From: Sphaerochaetaceae bacterium
GTDB taxonomy: Bacteria; Spirochaetota; Spirochaetia; Sphaerochaetales; Sphaerochaetaceae
Direction: 5' to 3'
NCBI GenBank assembly: GCA_028691695.1
Contig: JAQUYU010000001.1
Coordinates: forward strand, 1 to 54,414
DNA: 54,414 nt
Shown: positions 27,043 through 35,527 of the stretch, in pieces
Position numbering within the stretch: position 1 is the stretch's first letter
Layout: the number at the start of each line of letters is the position of its first letter
The notes under the pieces: generated by a model
Told to the model about the DNA's origin: nothing
The model's input: the letters and a program-made list of their open reading frames with translations, nothing else
The model's database searches: none
Translations under genes and position numbers: made by a program

Positions 27043-27990
27043 CTAGAACGTGAAAAGAATAGTATCAATAAGGCTGCTTGACATCTTAGGAGTCATATCA
27101 CCGTCCTTGCAGGCCTTTGAGACAAACTCATAAAGAGAGCTCATTGTAAGCTTTCCGTTCTTCATTGCTGGTGGAACTTCTGTAACTGTTTCAGTTTCCT
27201 GGTCATAACCCAGTGCCTCAAGCAGTGCAGCAGTAAAGGCACTATGCTCGACATTGCCAAGAGCCTTGGTTCCTGCCTCTTCTTCATAACGTCTTTCGGA
27301 AGCTAGAATCTGAACCTTGGAGGAATCAACACCGTCCCCGCCGGCAGCAAGCTTGCTTTCAAGATCCTCCGACGAAACTTCAAAGTCAGTAGAATCCTCT
27401 TCAATGCTCTTGCTTCCCACCAGTGCTCCGCTATGGGCGCTGTCTGCAATCAGGACGATGTTTCCATTAACTTCATTTAGAGAAGAAACAAGGTCATCTC
27501 CATAGGCAACTATGTTGTTGTCTGCATCCAGAACTGCAAACTCAGTGCTGTAATCAACATCGGCGGAGAATCTGGCATCCTTGGCATCGTAGTAGACACC
27601 CTTGCCGTTGTAATCAACCATATCGTACTGGGAATAACCCTTCCCGCTTAGATAAACAATCGAAATATCATTTTCAGAACTTTCATCGGAAAGCTTTGCT
27701 ATCGCATTGGCTATATTCTCAGAAGTTGCTGGAACAGCATCAATACGATCTGTATCCGCCACTACAGTGACGTCCAGGCTTACACCGCTCTGGTCAGCAA
27801 GGCTCTTCATGGCTTTGGAAAAGTTCACAGCATCATTGCTGCAGGCTTCAGAGGAATCTGAGTCAACACCGATTGCTAGAATCCTCATCTCACCATTCTC
27901 AGGCTCACCCATAGTGGTTTCACAAGAACATATACCCAGAATCATCAGAAGCATTAGAACTGATGCAATTGCATAAGATAATCTTTTCAT
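27043..27990 (-). CDS. Caspase-like lipoprotein paralog with both catalytic residues substituted (predicted pseudo-protease)
   Basis: 315 aa with a lipobox (ILGICSC). It aligns with the 349 aa paralog. SENDISIVYLSGKGYS aligns with SENDTLIFFCSSHGYS (His to Lys). IADSAHSGA aligns with FGDFCFSGS (Cys to Ala). The shared downstream signature is ILASERRYEEEAG..VEHSAFTAALLEALGYD. Confidence 0.6.
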   Translation of the reverse strand: MKRLSYAIASVLMLLMILGICSCETTMGEPENGEMRILAIGVDSDSSEACSNDAVNFSKAMKSLADQSGVSLDVTVVADTDRIDAVPATSENIANAIAKLSDESSENDISIVYLSGKGYSQYDMVDYNGKGVYYDAKDARFSADVDYSTEFAVLDADNNIVAYGDDLVSSLNEVNGNIVLIADSAHSGALVGSKSIEEDSTDFEVSSEDLESKLAAGGDGVDSSKVQILASERRYEEEAGTKALGNVEHSAFTAALLEALGYDQETETVTEVPPAMKNGKLTMSSLYEFVSKACKDGDMTPKMSSSLIDTILFTF

Positions 27991-28088
27991 TAGTAACTAC
28001 CCCTGAGATTATAATAAGCAAACAGAAACCAAACGACAATAATATTGCATATACATATTGCACATTTTGTGTGTTTTCTTCAAAGCAG

Positions 28089-28118
28089 AAAAAAACATCG
28101 GCTCAAATTGAACCGATG
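28089..28118 (-). terminator. Rho-independent terminator after typA
   Basis: The minus strand reads CATCGG..(loop)..CCGATG followed by a run of 7 U (plus-strand A-run 28089-28095). It lies about 28 nt downstream of the typA stop. Confidence 0.55.
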
Positions 28119-28145
28119 CTGATTATTGAGAATCAATCGTTTTTT

Positions 28146-29984
28146 CTAAAGCAGGAAGCTTGGAATCTCACCTCGCTGGTTGAATATCTTGCGCTGCTGT
28201 CCGTTTAGAATCTTCTTGCACATGCGAACAGAAAGCGGAGTAACCTCCACAAGCTCATCATCCTTGATGAAGCGAATGCAGCGTTCAAGCGGCATCTTCG
28301 TCACAGGGGTAAGAGTAACAGCCTCGTCATGCCCAGATGCACGGAGGTTAGTAAGCTTCTTGGTGCGTGTCGGGTTGATCAGAAGGTCACCTTCCTTGTT
28401 TCGAACGCCGACGATCATGCCTTCGTAAACAGGGTCGCCTGGGACAATGAAGAAGTTCCCTCTATCCTCAAGCTCCCAGATTCCATATGCAACTGCGGAT
28501 CCGGCACGATCTGAAATCAGAGAACCTGTGCTTCTTTCCGGAAAATCTCCCTTGTAAGGCTCATAGCCCTTGAGAGAGCTGCTCATGATTCCGTATCCAT
28601 GAGTGTCTGTGAGGAATTCATCTCTGTAACCAATCAGTCCACGTGATGGAACAGTGAAATTGATCTTCACCCTGCTGTCTGAGGTGTATGTGAGGTTAAC
28701 AATGGCTCCCTTGCGTTCTGCAAGCCTCTGCATGACGATTCCGCTGTATTCTTCAGGGCAATCGACTTCGACATTCTCAACAGGCTCAAGCTTCTTTCCG
28801 TTGGAGCCTTCCTTGAAGATTATCTTTGGACGGCCAACGCATAGCTCGAATCCTTCGCGGCGCATCTGCTCGATGATGATAGCCATCTGGAATTCGCCTC
28901 TGCCTTTCACATTGAATGAATCATCAGGGTTTTTCTCAACCTGAATGGAAACATTGCGCAGCGTCTCCTTGAGAAGCCTTTCGCCGATCTTCGCGGAAGT
29001 GACGAACTTTCCTTCCTTGCCAGCAAGAGGGGAAATGTTCTTTGAAAAGAGCATCGAAACTGTAGGCTCATCGACTGTAATGCGCGGCAGAGCCTTAGGA
29101 TATGCCTTGTTGCAGATAGTATCGCCGATAGAGACATTCTCAATTCCGGACAGGACAATGATATCACCGCTTTCCACCCTGTCAGTCTCGCCATAAGTCG
29201 GCCCATTGTAAGTCTGAAGCCTTGTCACCCTGAGAGGGACATGAGCGCCAGCGGCATTGATGCACACAAGGCTGTCATTCGTTGTAACCGTGCCGTTGAT
29301 GACCTTTCCAATTGCAAGGCGGCCAAGGAAGTCCGAGTAGCCAAGATCGGAAACAAGCATCTGAAACGGCTCTTCATCATCGAAAACAGGGGCTGGAATA
29401 TAATCAACGATCTTGTCAAGCAGGATATGAAGATTGTCCACATCCCTGTGCTCAAGGCTGTCAGTGACTATTCCATCCCGTCCGATTGCATAGAATACAG
29501 GGACTTCAAGCATAGATTCATCCGACTTGAGCTCCAGAAGAAGGTCATAGACCTCGTTGAGCACCTCTGACGGCCTGGCATCGAGACGATCGATCTTGTT
29601 GATTACAACTATGACCGGAAGATCCTTCTCCAAGGCCTTTGAAAGCACGAATCTTGTCTGAGGAAGCGGTCCTTCGGCTGCATCCACAAGCAGAACGACT
29701 CCATCGACCATCGACAGTCCTCGTTCAACCTCACCTCCGAAATCCGAGTGGCCCGGAGTATCGATGATGTTTATCTTCTTGCCCTTCCAGTGAATCGCGC
29801 AGTTCTTCGATGTTATTGTGATGCCACGCTCGCGCTCAATTGCGCCGCTGTCCATTATTCTAGTCTGGTCACCTTTAGTCACCAGTCCGCTCTGCTTGAT
29901 CATAGCATCCACCAAAGTGGTCTTGCCGTGGTCGACATGTGCAATAATTGCAATGTTCCTTATGTCTTCGTTGCTTCTTTTCAT
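28146..29984 (-). CDS. typA: Translational GTPase TypA/BipA
   Basis: 612 aa. The G1 motif is [14 protein letters not shown]3 is [12 protein letters not shown] and G4 is NKIDR. The domain order is EF-G-like with a BipA-specific C-terminal domain. Confidence 0.95.
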   Translation of the reverse strand: MKRSNEDIRNIAIIAHVDHGKTTLVDAMIKQSGLVTKGDQTRIMDSGAIERERGITITSKNCAIHWKGKKINIIDTPGHSDFGGEVERGLSMVDGVVLLVDAAEGPLPQTRFVLSKALEKDLPVIVVINKIDRLDARPSEVLNEVYDLLLELKSDESMLEVPVFYAIGRDGIVTDSLEHRDVDNLHILLDKIVDYIPAPVFDDEEPFQMLVSDLGYSDFLGRLAIGKVINGTVTTNDSLVCINAAGAHVPLRVTRLQTYNGPTYGETDRVESGDIIVLSGIENVSIGDTICNKAYPKALPRITVDEPTVSMLFSKNISPLAGKEGKFVTSAKIGERLLKETLRNVSIQVEKNPDDSFNVKGRGEFQMAIIIEQMRREGFELCVGRPKIIFKEGSNGKKLEPVENVEVDCPEEYSGIVMQRLAERKGAIVNLTYTSDSRVKINFTVPSRGLIGYRDEFLTDTHGYGIMSSSLKGYEPYKGDFPERSTGSLISDRAGSAVAYGIWELEDRGNFFIVPGDPVYEGMIVGVRNKEGDLLINPTRTKKLTNLRASGHDEAVTLTPVTKMPLERCIRFIKDDELVEVTPLSVRMCKKILNGQQRKIFNQRGEIPSFLL

Positions 29985-30000
29985 GATTTCTCTATTACTA

Positions 30001-30031
30001 TTTCAAATAAATCGGTTTTGTTCAACCGATT
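30001..30031 (-). terminator. Hairpin plus U-rich tract between cobB and typA (terminator or attenuator candidate)
   Basis: The minus strand reads TGA-ATCGGTT-gaacaa-AACCGATT-TATTTGAAA. The 8 bp stem abuts the cobB stop codon. Confidence 0.4.
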
Positions 30032-30828
30032 CACTTTTCTTCTTTCCGATCAAGGTATCCATTGAGAGCTGTGCAAGTCTGCTTCAGGTCCCTGAAGCGG
30101 AATGTTGCATAACCATCAAGCGGAGTATCCTGAGCATTGACGATTGCCAGAGCGCTTCCATGTGATATCGCCATATAAGGCAGCTGGTTCACAGGACTGA
30201 CGTTAAGGCTTGACCCAAGCACGATGCACATGTCGCATCGCCGCCCGAAAATCTCTTCCGCTTTCTGAAGAGTATGGGGGTTAAGCATCTCGCCATAGAA
30301 CACTATGTCAGGCTTTATCACTCCACCGCAGCTGCAGTAAGGAACCTCTCCCTTGCTTGCAGTCGGGGCAATCTGCTCATAGGAGTAATGCTTGTTGCAT
30401 CTGGTGCAGTAATTGTGCATCGGGCTTCCATGAACTTCATAGACTTCCTTCGAACCAGCCCTTTGGTGAAGCATGTCGATGTTCTGGGTGAACACTTCAT
30501 GGATCACACCCATCTTCTCCATTCTGGCAACAGTTTCATGCACGATATTGGGCTTGTAGTTTTCAAGCTTGAACCACACATCTGCGGCCCACTTGTAGAA
30601 TATCTCAGGATGCTGGTGAAAGAAATCGATATTTAGAAGGGATTCCACATCAAGATGGTTGTACTGCTTGGTATAGATTCCTCCGGTGCCTCTGAAATCA
30701 GGAATCCCGCTCAAAGTCGATACACCAGCCCCCGTAAGGACAGCAATGTACCGTGCTTTTGAAAGAGCATTCTCGAACCGCTTGAACTTGGGTTCGAATG
30801 CGCTTGGGTCCTCGCTGTAATCAATCAT
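30031..30828 (-). CDS. cobB: NAD-dependent protein deacylase, Sir2 family
   Basis: 265 aa. Motifs are GAGVSTLSGIPDFRG and TQNIDMLHQRAG, with a catalytic His in YEVHGS. The zinc ribbon is CTRC...CSCGG. Confidence 0.9.
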   Translation of the reverse strand: MIDYSEDPSAFEPKFKRFENALSKARYIAVLTGAGVSTLSGIPDFRGTGGIYTKQYNHLDVESLLNIDFFHQHPEIFYKWAADVWFKLENYKPNIVHETVARMEKMGVIHEVFTQNIDMLHQRAGSKEVYEVHGSPMHNYCTRCNKHYSYEQIAPTASKGEVPYCSCGGVIKPDIVFYGEMLNPHTLQKAEEIFGRRCDMCIVLGSSLNVSPVNQLPYMAISHGSALAIVNAQDTPLDGYATFRFRDLKQTCTALNGYLDRKEEK

Positions 30829-32146
30829 TCACCAAAACTCCTTGGAATGTGTTGCCATTCAACGAATTGAATTTTACACTAACGACACTTCCTATTGCAA
30901 GCTCTTGAGGAGAATTGAATGCAACCATCTCACCATGTTCGTTGCGTCCGAGCATCTGGGAGCTGTCGTCACGGGAAATCTGAGTCACAAGGACCTTCTG
31001 AACCGTTCCGGTCCGGCCTTCCTTGATGCTGGCGCACCTGGCAAGCTGAAGATCTATGATCTTCTGAAGCCTTCGGATCTTCTCAGGCTCTGGAATCTGA
31101 TCAGGCATCGAGGCAGCGCGTGTCCCTTCCCTTGTATTCCAGTAGTACATGAAGGCTTCGATGAGCCCGATTTTATCCATGACATTCCAGGTCATGCTGG
31201 CCTCTTCCTCGGTTTCCGATGGGAAGCCAACCATCACATCAGTCGAGAAAGTTGCATCAGGAATCGCCTTTCGGATCTTATCGATGATCTGCATGAATCT
31301 TTCCACCGTATAACGGCGGTTCATAAGATCAAGGATCCTGTCGCTTCCACTTTGAAGAGGAATATGATAATGCCTTGCAATGCGAGGTTCTGAAGCCAGA
31401 ACCTCGATGACATCATCACCGAAATCCTTAGGATGAGGACTGTCGAAGCGGACCCACATTATGCTGTCAAGATGACGGCAGACTTCTTTCAGCAGCTTTG
31501 CGAAAGTCCAGTCTCCGTAATGGTATGAATTGACGTTCTGACCCAGAAGCTGCACTTCATGGACGCCCATGGCATCAAGCGTCTCGATTTCATGTATTAT
31601 GCTTTCAACAGGTCGTGAGACTTCACGTCCGCGCACATATGGCACAATGCAGTAGGAACAGAAGTTGTTGCAGCCGTTCATTATCGGAACAAAAGCTGTA
31701 ACATCTCCTTTCCTGTAATACAGATCAGCGAATTCATAGCTGGAAGATTCAACATCAGGCGAAGCAGATGAAGCCGGAATCACTTTCCCATCAGGTGTGA
31801 CTCTTGAACAGAGGATGCTTACGATCCGGAGCTTGTCATTGGTGCCAATGATGTAATCGATAGCCTTTGCCTTCTTCTCAAGCTCATCTGGAATCCTTTC
31901 TGCCATGCAGCCGGTGAGCACGAGCACAAGCTGCTGAACCGTTTTCAGGTGGGAGAAGAAACCGAGCCGGCCCCAGATCCTGTTTTCGGCAGTCTGCCGG
32001 ACCGAGCAGGTGTTGAGAATCACGGCCTGAGCCTCCTGAGGGCTCTGAGCCTTTTCCCACTGCTGACCTTGAAGCATTGTCTCGATTGCATCAGCTTCGG
32101 CCTTGCTCATCTGGCAGCCGTAGGCCTCCATCCAGTACTTCCTCAT
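30821..32146 (-). CDS. miaB: tRNA (N6-isopentenyl adenosine(37)-C2)-methylthiotransferase MiaB
   Basis: 441 aa. The N-terminal UPF0004 cysteines are in YGCQMS and NTCSVR. The radical SAM motif is GCNNFCSYCIVPYVRG. A C-terminal TRAM-like domain is present. Confidence 0.9.
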   Translation of the reverse strand: MRKYWMEAYGCQMSKAEADAIETMLQGQQWEKAQSPQEAQAVILNTCSVRQTAENRIWGRLGFFSHLKTVQQLVLVLTGCMAERIPDELEKKAKAIDYIIGTNDKLRIVSILCSRVTPDGKVIPASSASPDVESSSYEFADLYYRKGDVTAFVPIMNGCNNFCSYCIVPYVRGREVSRPVESIIHEIETLDAMGVHEVQLLGQNVNSYHYGDWTFAKLLKEVCRHLDSIMWVRFDSPHPKDFGDDVIEVLASEPRIARHYHIPLQSGSDRILDLMNRRYTVERFMQIIDKIRKAIPDATFSTDVMVGFPSETEEEASMTWNVMDKIGLIEAFMYYWNTREGTRAASMPDQIPEPEKIRRLQKIIDLQLARCASIKEGRTGTVQKVLVTQISRDDSSQMLGRNEHGEMVAFNSPQELAIGSVVSVKFNSLNGNTFQGVLVND

Positions 32147-33024
32147 CGCTTGATTCCCTTGCGCATGAAGGCAGCATCGACGGTATTGCTCATCAGCATG
32201 GCTATTGTCATCGGTCCTACTCCGCCGGGAACCGGCGTGATTGCACCGCAGACTCTGGAAACGGATTCATAATCCGCATCGCCCGCCCAATGATATCCTT
32301 TCGGGCTTGAAGGATCTTCAACCCTTGTGATTCCTACATCAATTACAGCAGCACCGGGCTTGACCATTGAAGCATCGATGATCCCAGGCTTCCCGACTGC
32401 TGTGATCACAATATCCGATTCGGCCACATGCGGTCTGATATTGCTTGTAAGCGAATGGCACACAGTGACCGTTGCATTGCGGTCTTTCTGAAGCAGCATC
32501 GCCGAAAGCGGCTTGCCAACGATATTGCTGCGGCCGATTATGCAGACATCCTTCGAATCAGTCGAGATGCCATAATAGTCAAGCATCTTGAGAATCCCTT
32601 TGGGTGTGCATGGTGCAAGGCACGGATTGCCAAGAAGCAGGTTGCCCATGTTTATCGGGGTGAATCCATCAACATCCTTCGAGGGAAGAATCCTGTTGAT
32701 GACCTTGCTTTCATTGATATGCTTCGGCAACGGCAGCTGAACAAGAATCCCGTCCACATCATCATCGGTGTTAAGGCCGTCGATCAGCTCAAGAAGCCCC
32801 GGCTCTGTCATCTCTGAGGGAAAGAACAGGTCTCTATGGTCAATCCCTACTAAATCGCAGGCTTTTCGCTTTCCGAAAACATAGCTTCGGCTTGATGGGT
32901 TGCTGCCTATGAGAACCACAGCAAGCAACGGCTTCCTTCCGAAACGCGAAAGGAAATCAGATGCATCTGCTGCACATTGCTTCTTGACTATGGAGGCTAG
33001 CTCCGTGCCTTCTAATGAAATCAT
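32143..33024 (-). CDS. folD: Bifunctional methylenetetrahydrofolate dehydrogenase/cyclohydrolase FolD
   Basis: 293 aa. Motifs are LAVVLIGSNPSSRSYV, GILVQLPLP, IIGRSNIVGKPL and ITPVPGGVGPMT. Confidence 0.95.
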   Translation of the reverse strand: MISLEGTELASIVKKQCAADASDFLSRFGRKPLLAVVLIGSNPSSRSYVFGKRKACDLVGIDHRDLFFPSEMTEPGLLELIDGLNTDDDVDGILVQLPLPKHINESKVINRILPSKDVDGFTPINMGNLLLGNPCLAPCTPKGILKMLDYYGISTDSKDVCIIGRSNIVGKPLSAMLLQKDRNATVTVCHSLTSNIRPHVAESDIVITAVGKPGIIDASMVKPGAAVIDVGITRVEDPSSPKGYHWAGDADYESVSRVCGAITPVPGGVGPMTIAMLMSNTVDAAFMRKGIKR

Positions 33025-33140
33025 CCAAACTCCTCAAAAATCCACCTAATCAGTGTAACTATAGCCTTTTTTATTTGATGAATATAATATACTATTTTGT
33101 TGGTTTCTGATATAGACCAAGAAAATCTTATGAGGTATTT

Positions 33141-33740
33141 ATGAAAAAAACAATAACAGCACTGGTTCTCATTGCGCTGATTGCAGTCATGTCGGCTTCA
33201 GCTGCTGAGGCATACAGCTATGAAACCGGCGATCAGGCATTCTCATTCAAGGCTGGGCTGACTATTCCTGCTTTCATATGGTTTCCAAATGACAGCACAG
33301 ACTCAGGCTTCGTAAGCGGCTCGGAAACACACATGAAGCTTGGCGGAATCGGTTCTCTTTCTTATATGTATTTTGTTTCTCCAAAGATCGCAATCGGCGG
33401 CACTCTAGGCTACAGCTTCAACTATTCACGTTCTGCAGAGCTCGTCACCGAAGTCCCGATCATGGCAAAAGCCTCATGGTATCCAGTCCAGACAGGCAGA
33501 TTCGACCTTATTGCAAGCCTTTCGCTTGGAATTGCATTCACACGTTACAGCGGCGGCTTCTATACCTCTCCGGCTGCTGAGATTGAAATCGAGCCTGTCT
33601 TCTATTTCAATGACAACTGGGGAATCGGAATTTCTTCCGGCCTTCTAGGGGTTTCCGAAATCTACTGGAAAGAAAAGAAAGAAGATACTTCCATTGCTGC
33701 GCTTGCTCCGATCAAGCTTACCTGCCATTACAGACACTGA
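33141..33740 (+). CDS. Small outer-membrane beta-barrel protein (putative)
   Basis: 199 aa with a signal peptide (MKKTITALVLIALIAVMSASAAEA). Amphipathic beta-strand patterns include AFSFKAGLTIP, IGSLSYMYFVS and IAIGGTLGYSFNY. Confidence 0.5.
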   Translation: MKKTITALVLIALIAVMSASAAEAYSYETGDQAFSFKAGLTIPAFIWFPNDSTDSGFVSGSETHMKLGGIGSLSYMYFVSPKIAIGGTLGYSFNYSRSAELVTEVPIMAKASWYPVQTGRFDLIASLSLGIAFTRYSGGFYTSPAAEIEIEPVFYFNDNWGIGISSGLLGVSEIYWKEKKEDTSIAALAPIKLTCHYRH

Positions 33741-33751
33741 GGAGACTGAAT

Positions 33752-34816
33752 ATGAAAAAATCACCAATTGCAATATCTATTTCAATCATTTTGCTATGCT
33801 GCCTGGCTTTCACCGGCTGCAATCTTGATGCAAAGGTCGGGATCTTCAGGAAAGTCTCGACTTCCACAGAGACCAAAGGTGTGCGGATCACCAGCGCTGC
33901 TGGCTATGACAGTGCTTCCACTACGGCTTATTTCATCACCGACAGCGGTCTGTGCAAGCAGGTCAAAGGCAACGATGACATAACAGTCCTCGTGGCAAAT
34001 ACTGAAACAATGCACATCAAGCAGGCTTCTTTCTACACAAACAGCGGTGTTCAGTACATCAAATACCTTTACCAGAACCCGACGCAGGACAATCAGACCA
34101 CTATCTACACATCCACTCTCACACTTTCGATGCTAACAAGCTCCACAGCCGTTTCTACGACAAGCGGAATCTATGCGGGCTTCGAAGTGACAGACGGTGG
34201 CAAGACCTTCACTTCCCTTCAGAATGGTGGGACGGCAACACTGACCAATCTTTCCAGGATGAACAAGGTCATCACCAACAGCAATGCATCAAGCTCTCCC
34301 AATGTGAATGCACTTCTGGTTTATTGGACAGATACAAGCAGTTCTGAATTCCTTACATTGATCACGGACAACGGCACCACAGTCAGCAAGTACAATATCG
34401 GCTACTCTGCAATTGATAAAGACATTGCAAGCTTTGCATGCAATTCCAATGCTGTAATACTAATAGGGAAAGAAAACTCTGATATCTACTACATAACGGA
34501 CATCACAGCAAGCACAGAGGCTGCTGATTCAAACAAGAACCTATCTGACAGCTTCTCGAATTCGCCGGCCATCGGATTCTTCGATTCTGCCAATTCCGTA
34601 TTCTATTTCAAAGGAAATGATGCCTACAATTCGGTCAAATGGAACACAGCTGAAACCAGCTTCACTGTCGATGACGTCACCGACGGCTTTGCCGAAGGAC
34701 TGCTTGAATCCACTTCGGGAGCAGTGAAGATAGCAAATGACCAGATGCTTGTCTTCACGGAGGACAGCGGACTGTTCATCCTGGATCTGACATCTAACAG
34801 CAATTCGGAATTCTGA
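33752..34816 (+). CDS. Hypothetical Ser/Thr-rich lipoprotein
   Basis: 354 aa with a lipobox (LAFTGC). I recognise no catalytic motif. It starts 11 nt downstream of the small OMP gene and is followed by a strong terminator. Confidence 0.5.
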   Translation: MKKSPIAISISIILLCCLAFTGCNLDAKVGIFRKVSTSTETKGVRITSAAGYDSASTTAYFITDSGLCKQVKGNDDITVLVANTETMHIKQASFYTNSGVQYIKYLYQNPTQDNQTTIYTSTLTLSMLTSSTAVSTTSGIYAGFEVTDGGKTFTSLQNGGTATLTNLSRMNKVITNSNASSSPNVNALLVYWTDTSSSEFLTLITDNGTTVSKYNIGYSAIDKDIASFACNSNAVILIGKENSDIYYITDITASTEAADSNKNLSDSFSNSPAIGFFDSANSVFYFKGNDAYNSVKWNTAETSFTVDDVTDGFAEGLLESTSGAVKIANDQMLVFTEDSGLFILDLTSNSNSEF

Positions 34817-34835
34817 TTTACATAGAAAGCAAATC

Positions 34836-34875
34836 GGGCTCTGCAGAGGAAAGCTTCCGCAGAGCCCATTTTTTT
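34836..34875 (+). terminator. Rho-independent terminator of the OMP-lipoprotein pair
   Basis: gggctctgc...gcagagccc forms a 9 bp GC-rich stem that can be extended through the loop. It is followed by 7 T (34869-34875). Confidence 0.8.
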
Positions 34876-34965
34876 GGTTTATGAGAATTCAAGAGCAAAA
34901 TGGGGAGAAAATTGCTGGATTTCGCCTTCCTTTGTTTGACAGCATCAACAATGCTGAAGCATTGA

Positions 34966-35043
34966 TTAAATGACAATTTCAGCAAGAAAGGCACCGAAAA
35001 TACAGATCACTCCAAACAGGTAATAAAGTTTCTGGGCTTTCAT
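34966..35043 (-). CDS. Candidate 25 aa hydrophobic small protein (MKAQKLYYLFGVICIFGAFLAEIVI)
   Basis: It runs from ATG 35043 to the TAA stop at 34968-34966. A GAGGAG sequence lies 6 nt upstream of the ATG. A single predicted TM-length hydrophobic stretch is present. The ORF lies in an otherwise non-coding AT-rich gap and is too short for the ORF track. Confidence 0.4.
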   Translation of the reverse strand: MKAQKLYYLFGVICIFGAFLAEIVI

Positions 35044-35469
35044 ATCATGCTCCTCGGCAAGATAGTTTCTCTTGCTTACATCTAACCTTACCACAGAGAA
35101 GCAACCAAGTCAAGTTTATTTTGTTATACTGTAAATAGTTATTATATGTCAAAAGACATATCTCCACCCTTTTTCTTCTGGCTTTTTATCAAATTTAGGT
35201 AATTTATATAATCCTTTTTTCCTTCAGAAGAGTGCATCGAACACCACAGCAGTTTTCTATTTATTTGAATCTTAATCAATTAGACATCAATTTACAAAAA
35301 ATAAGTCTTGACGTGATTTATTCATGTCATATGTCATTATGAAAATGAAAACCCATAACGCTCTTCCTCTGTTTTCAATTAACTCAGATCCGACGATTCA
35401 AGAAATGACCACCAACTGTCATAAGCCACAATTCTGCAATTTTATTCAGTTCTTCGTCTTAGATTTTTC

Positions 35470-35502
35470 AAAAAAAACAGCACCCTGAAACCCAGGATGC
35501 TG
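35470..35502 (-). terminator. Rho-independent terminator after the phosphoribosyltransferase gene
   Basis: The minus strand reads CAGCAUCCUG-loop-CAGGGUGCUG, a 10 bp stem with one G:U pair. It is followed by 8 U (plus-strand A-run 35470-35477). Confidence 0.7.
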
Positions 35503-35527
35503 AATATCAAAAAAAAGGATTTATAGA

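Noticed and set aside
28030-28060. Direct repeat ATATTGCA..ATATTGCA upstream of the pseudo-caspase gene as an operator
   Set aside because: It is only an 8 nt repeat in an AT-rich promoter region, which could easily arise by chance. I could not pair it with a convincing -35/-10 arrangement.
22075-28145. Genomic island integrated at the ssrA 3' end (ZIP transporter, YtrA-ABC operon, caspase-like module)
   Set aside because: tmRNA genes are classic integration sites and the region looks somewhat AT-richer by eye. However, I found no integrase or recombinase gene and no duplicated copy of the tmRNA 3' end (..ggttcgaatcccccc..) that could serve as a distal att site. There are no mobility genes either. 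I computed no compositional statistics, so the idea is unsupported as it stands.
35339-35488. 49-codon plus-strand ORF (MKMKTHNALPLFSINSDPTIQEM...) downstream of a TTGACG hexamer
   Set aside because: It has no SD and no acceptable -10 element at a proper spacing. Its stop lies inside the terminator hairpin of the convergent phosphoribosyltransferase gene. The sequence shows no compositional or motif support.
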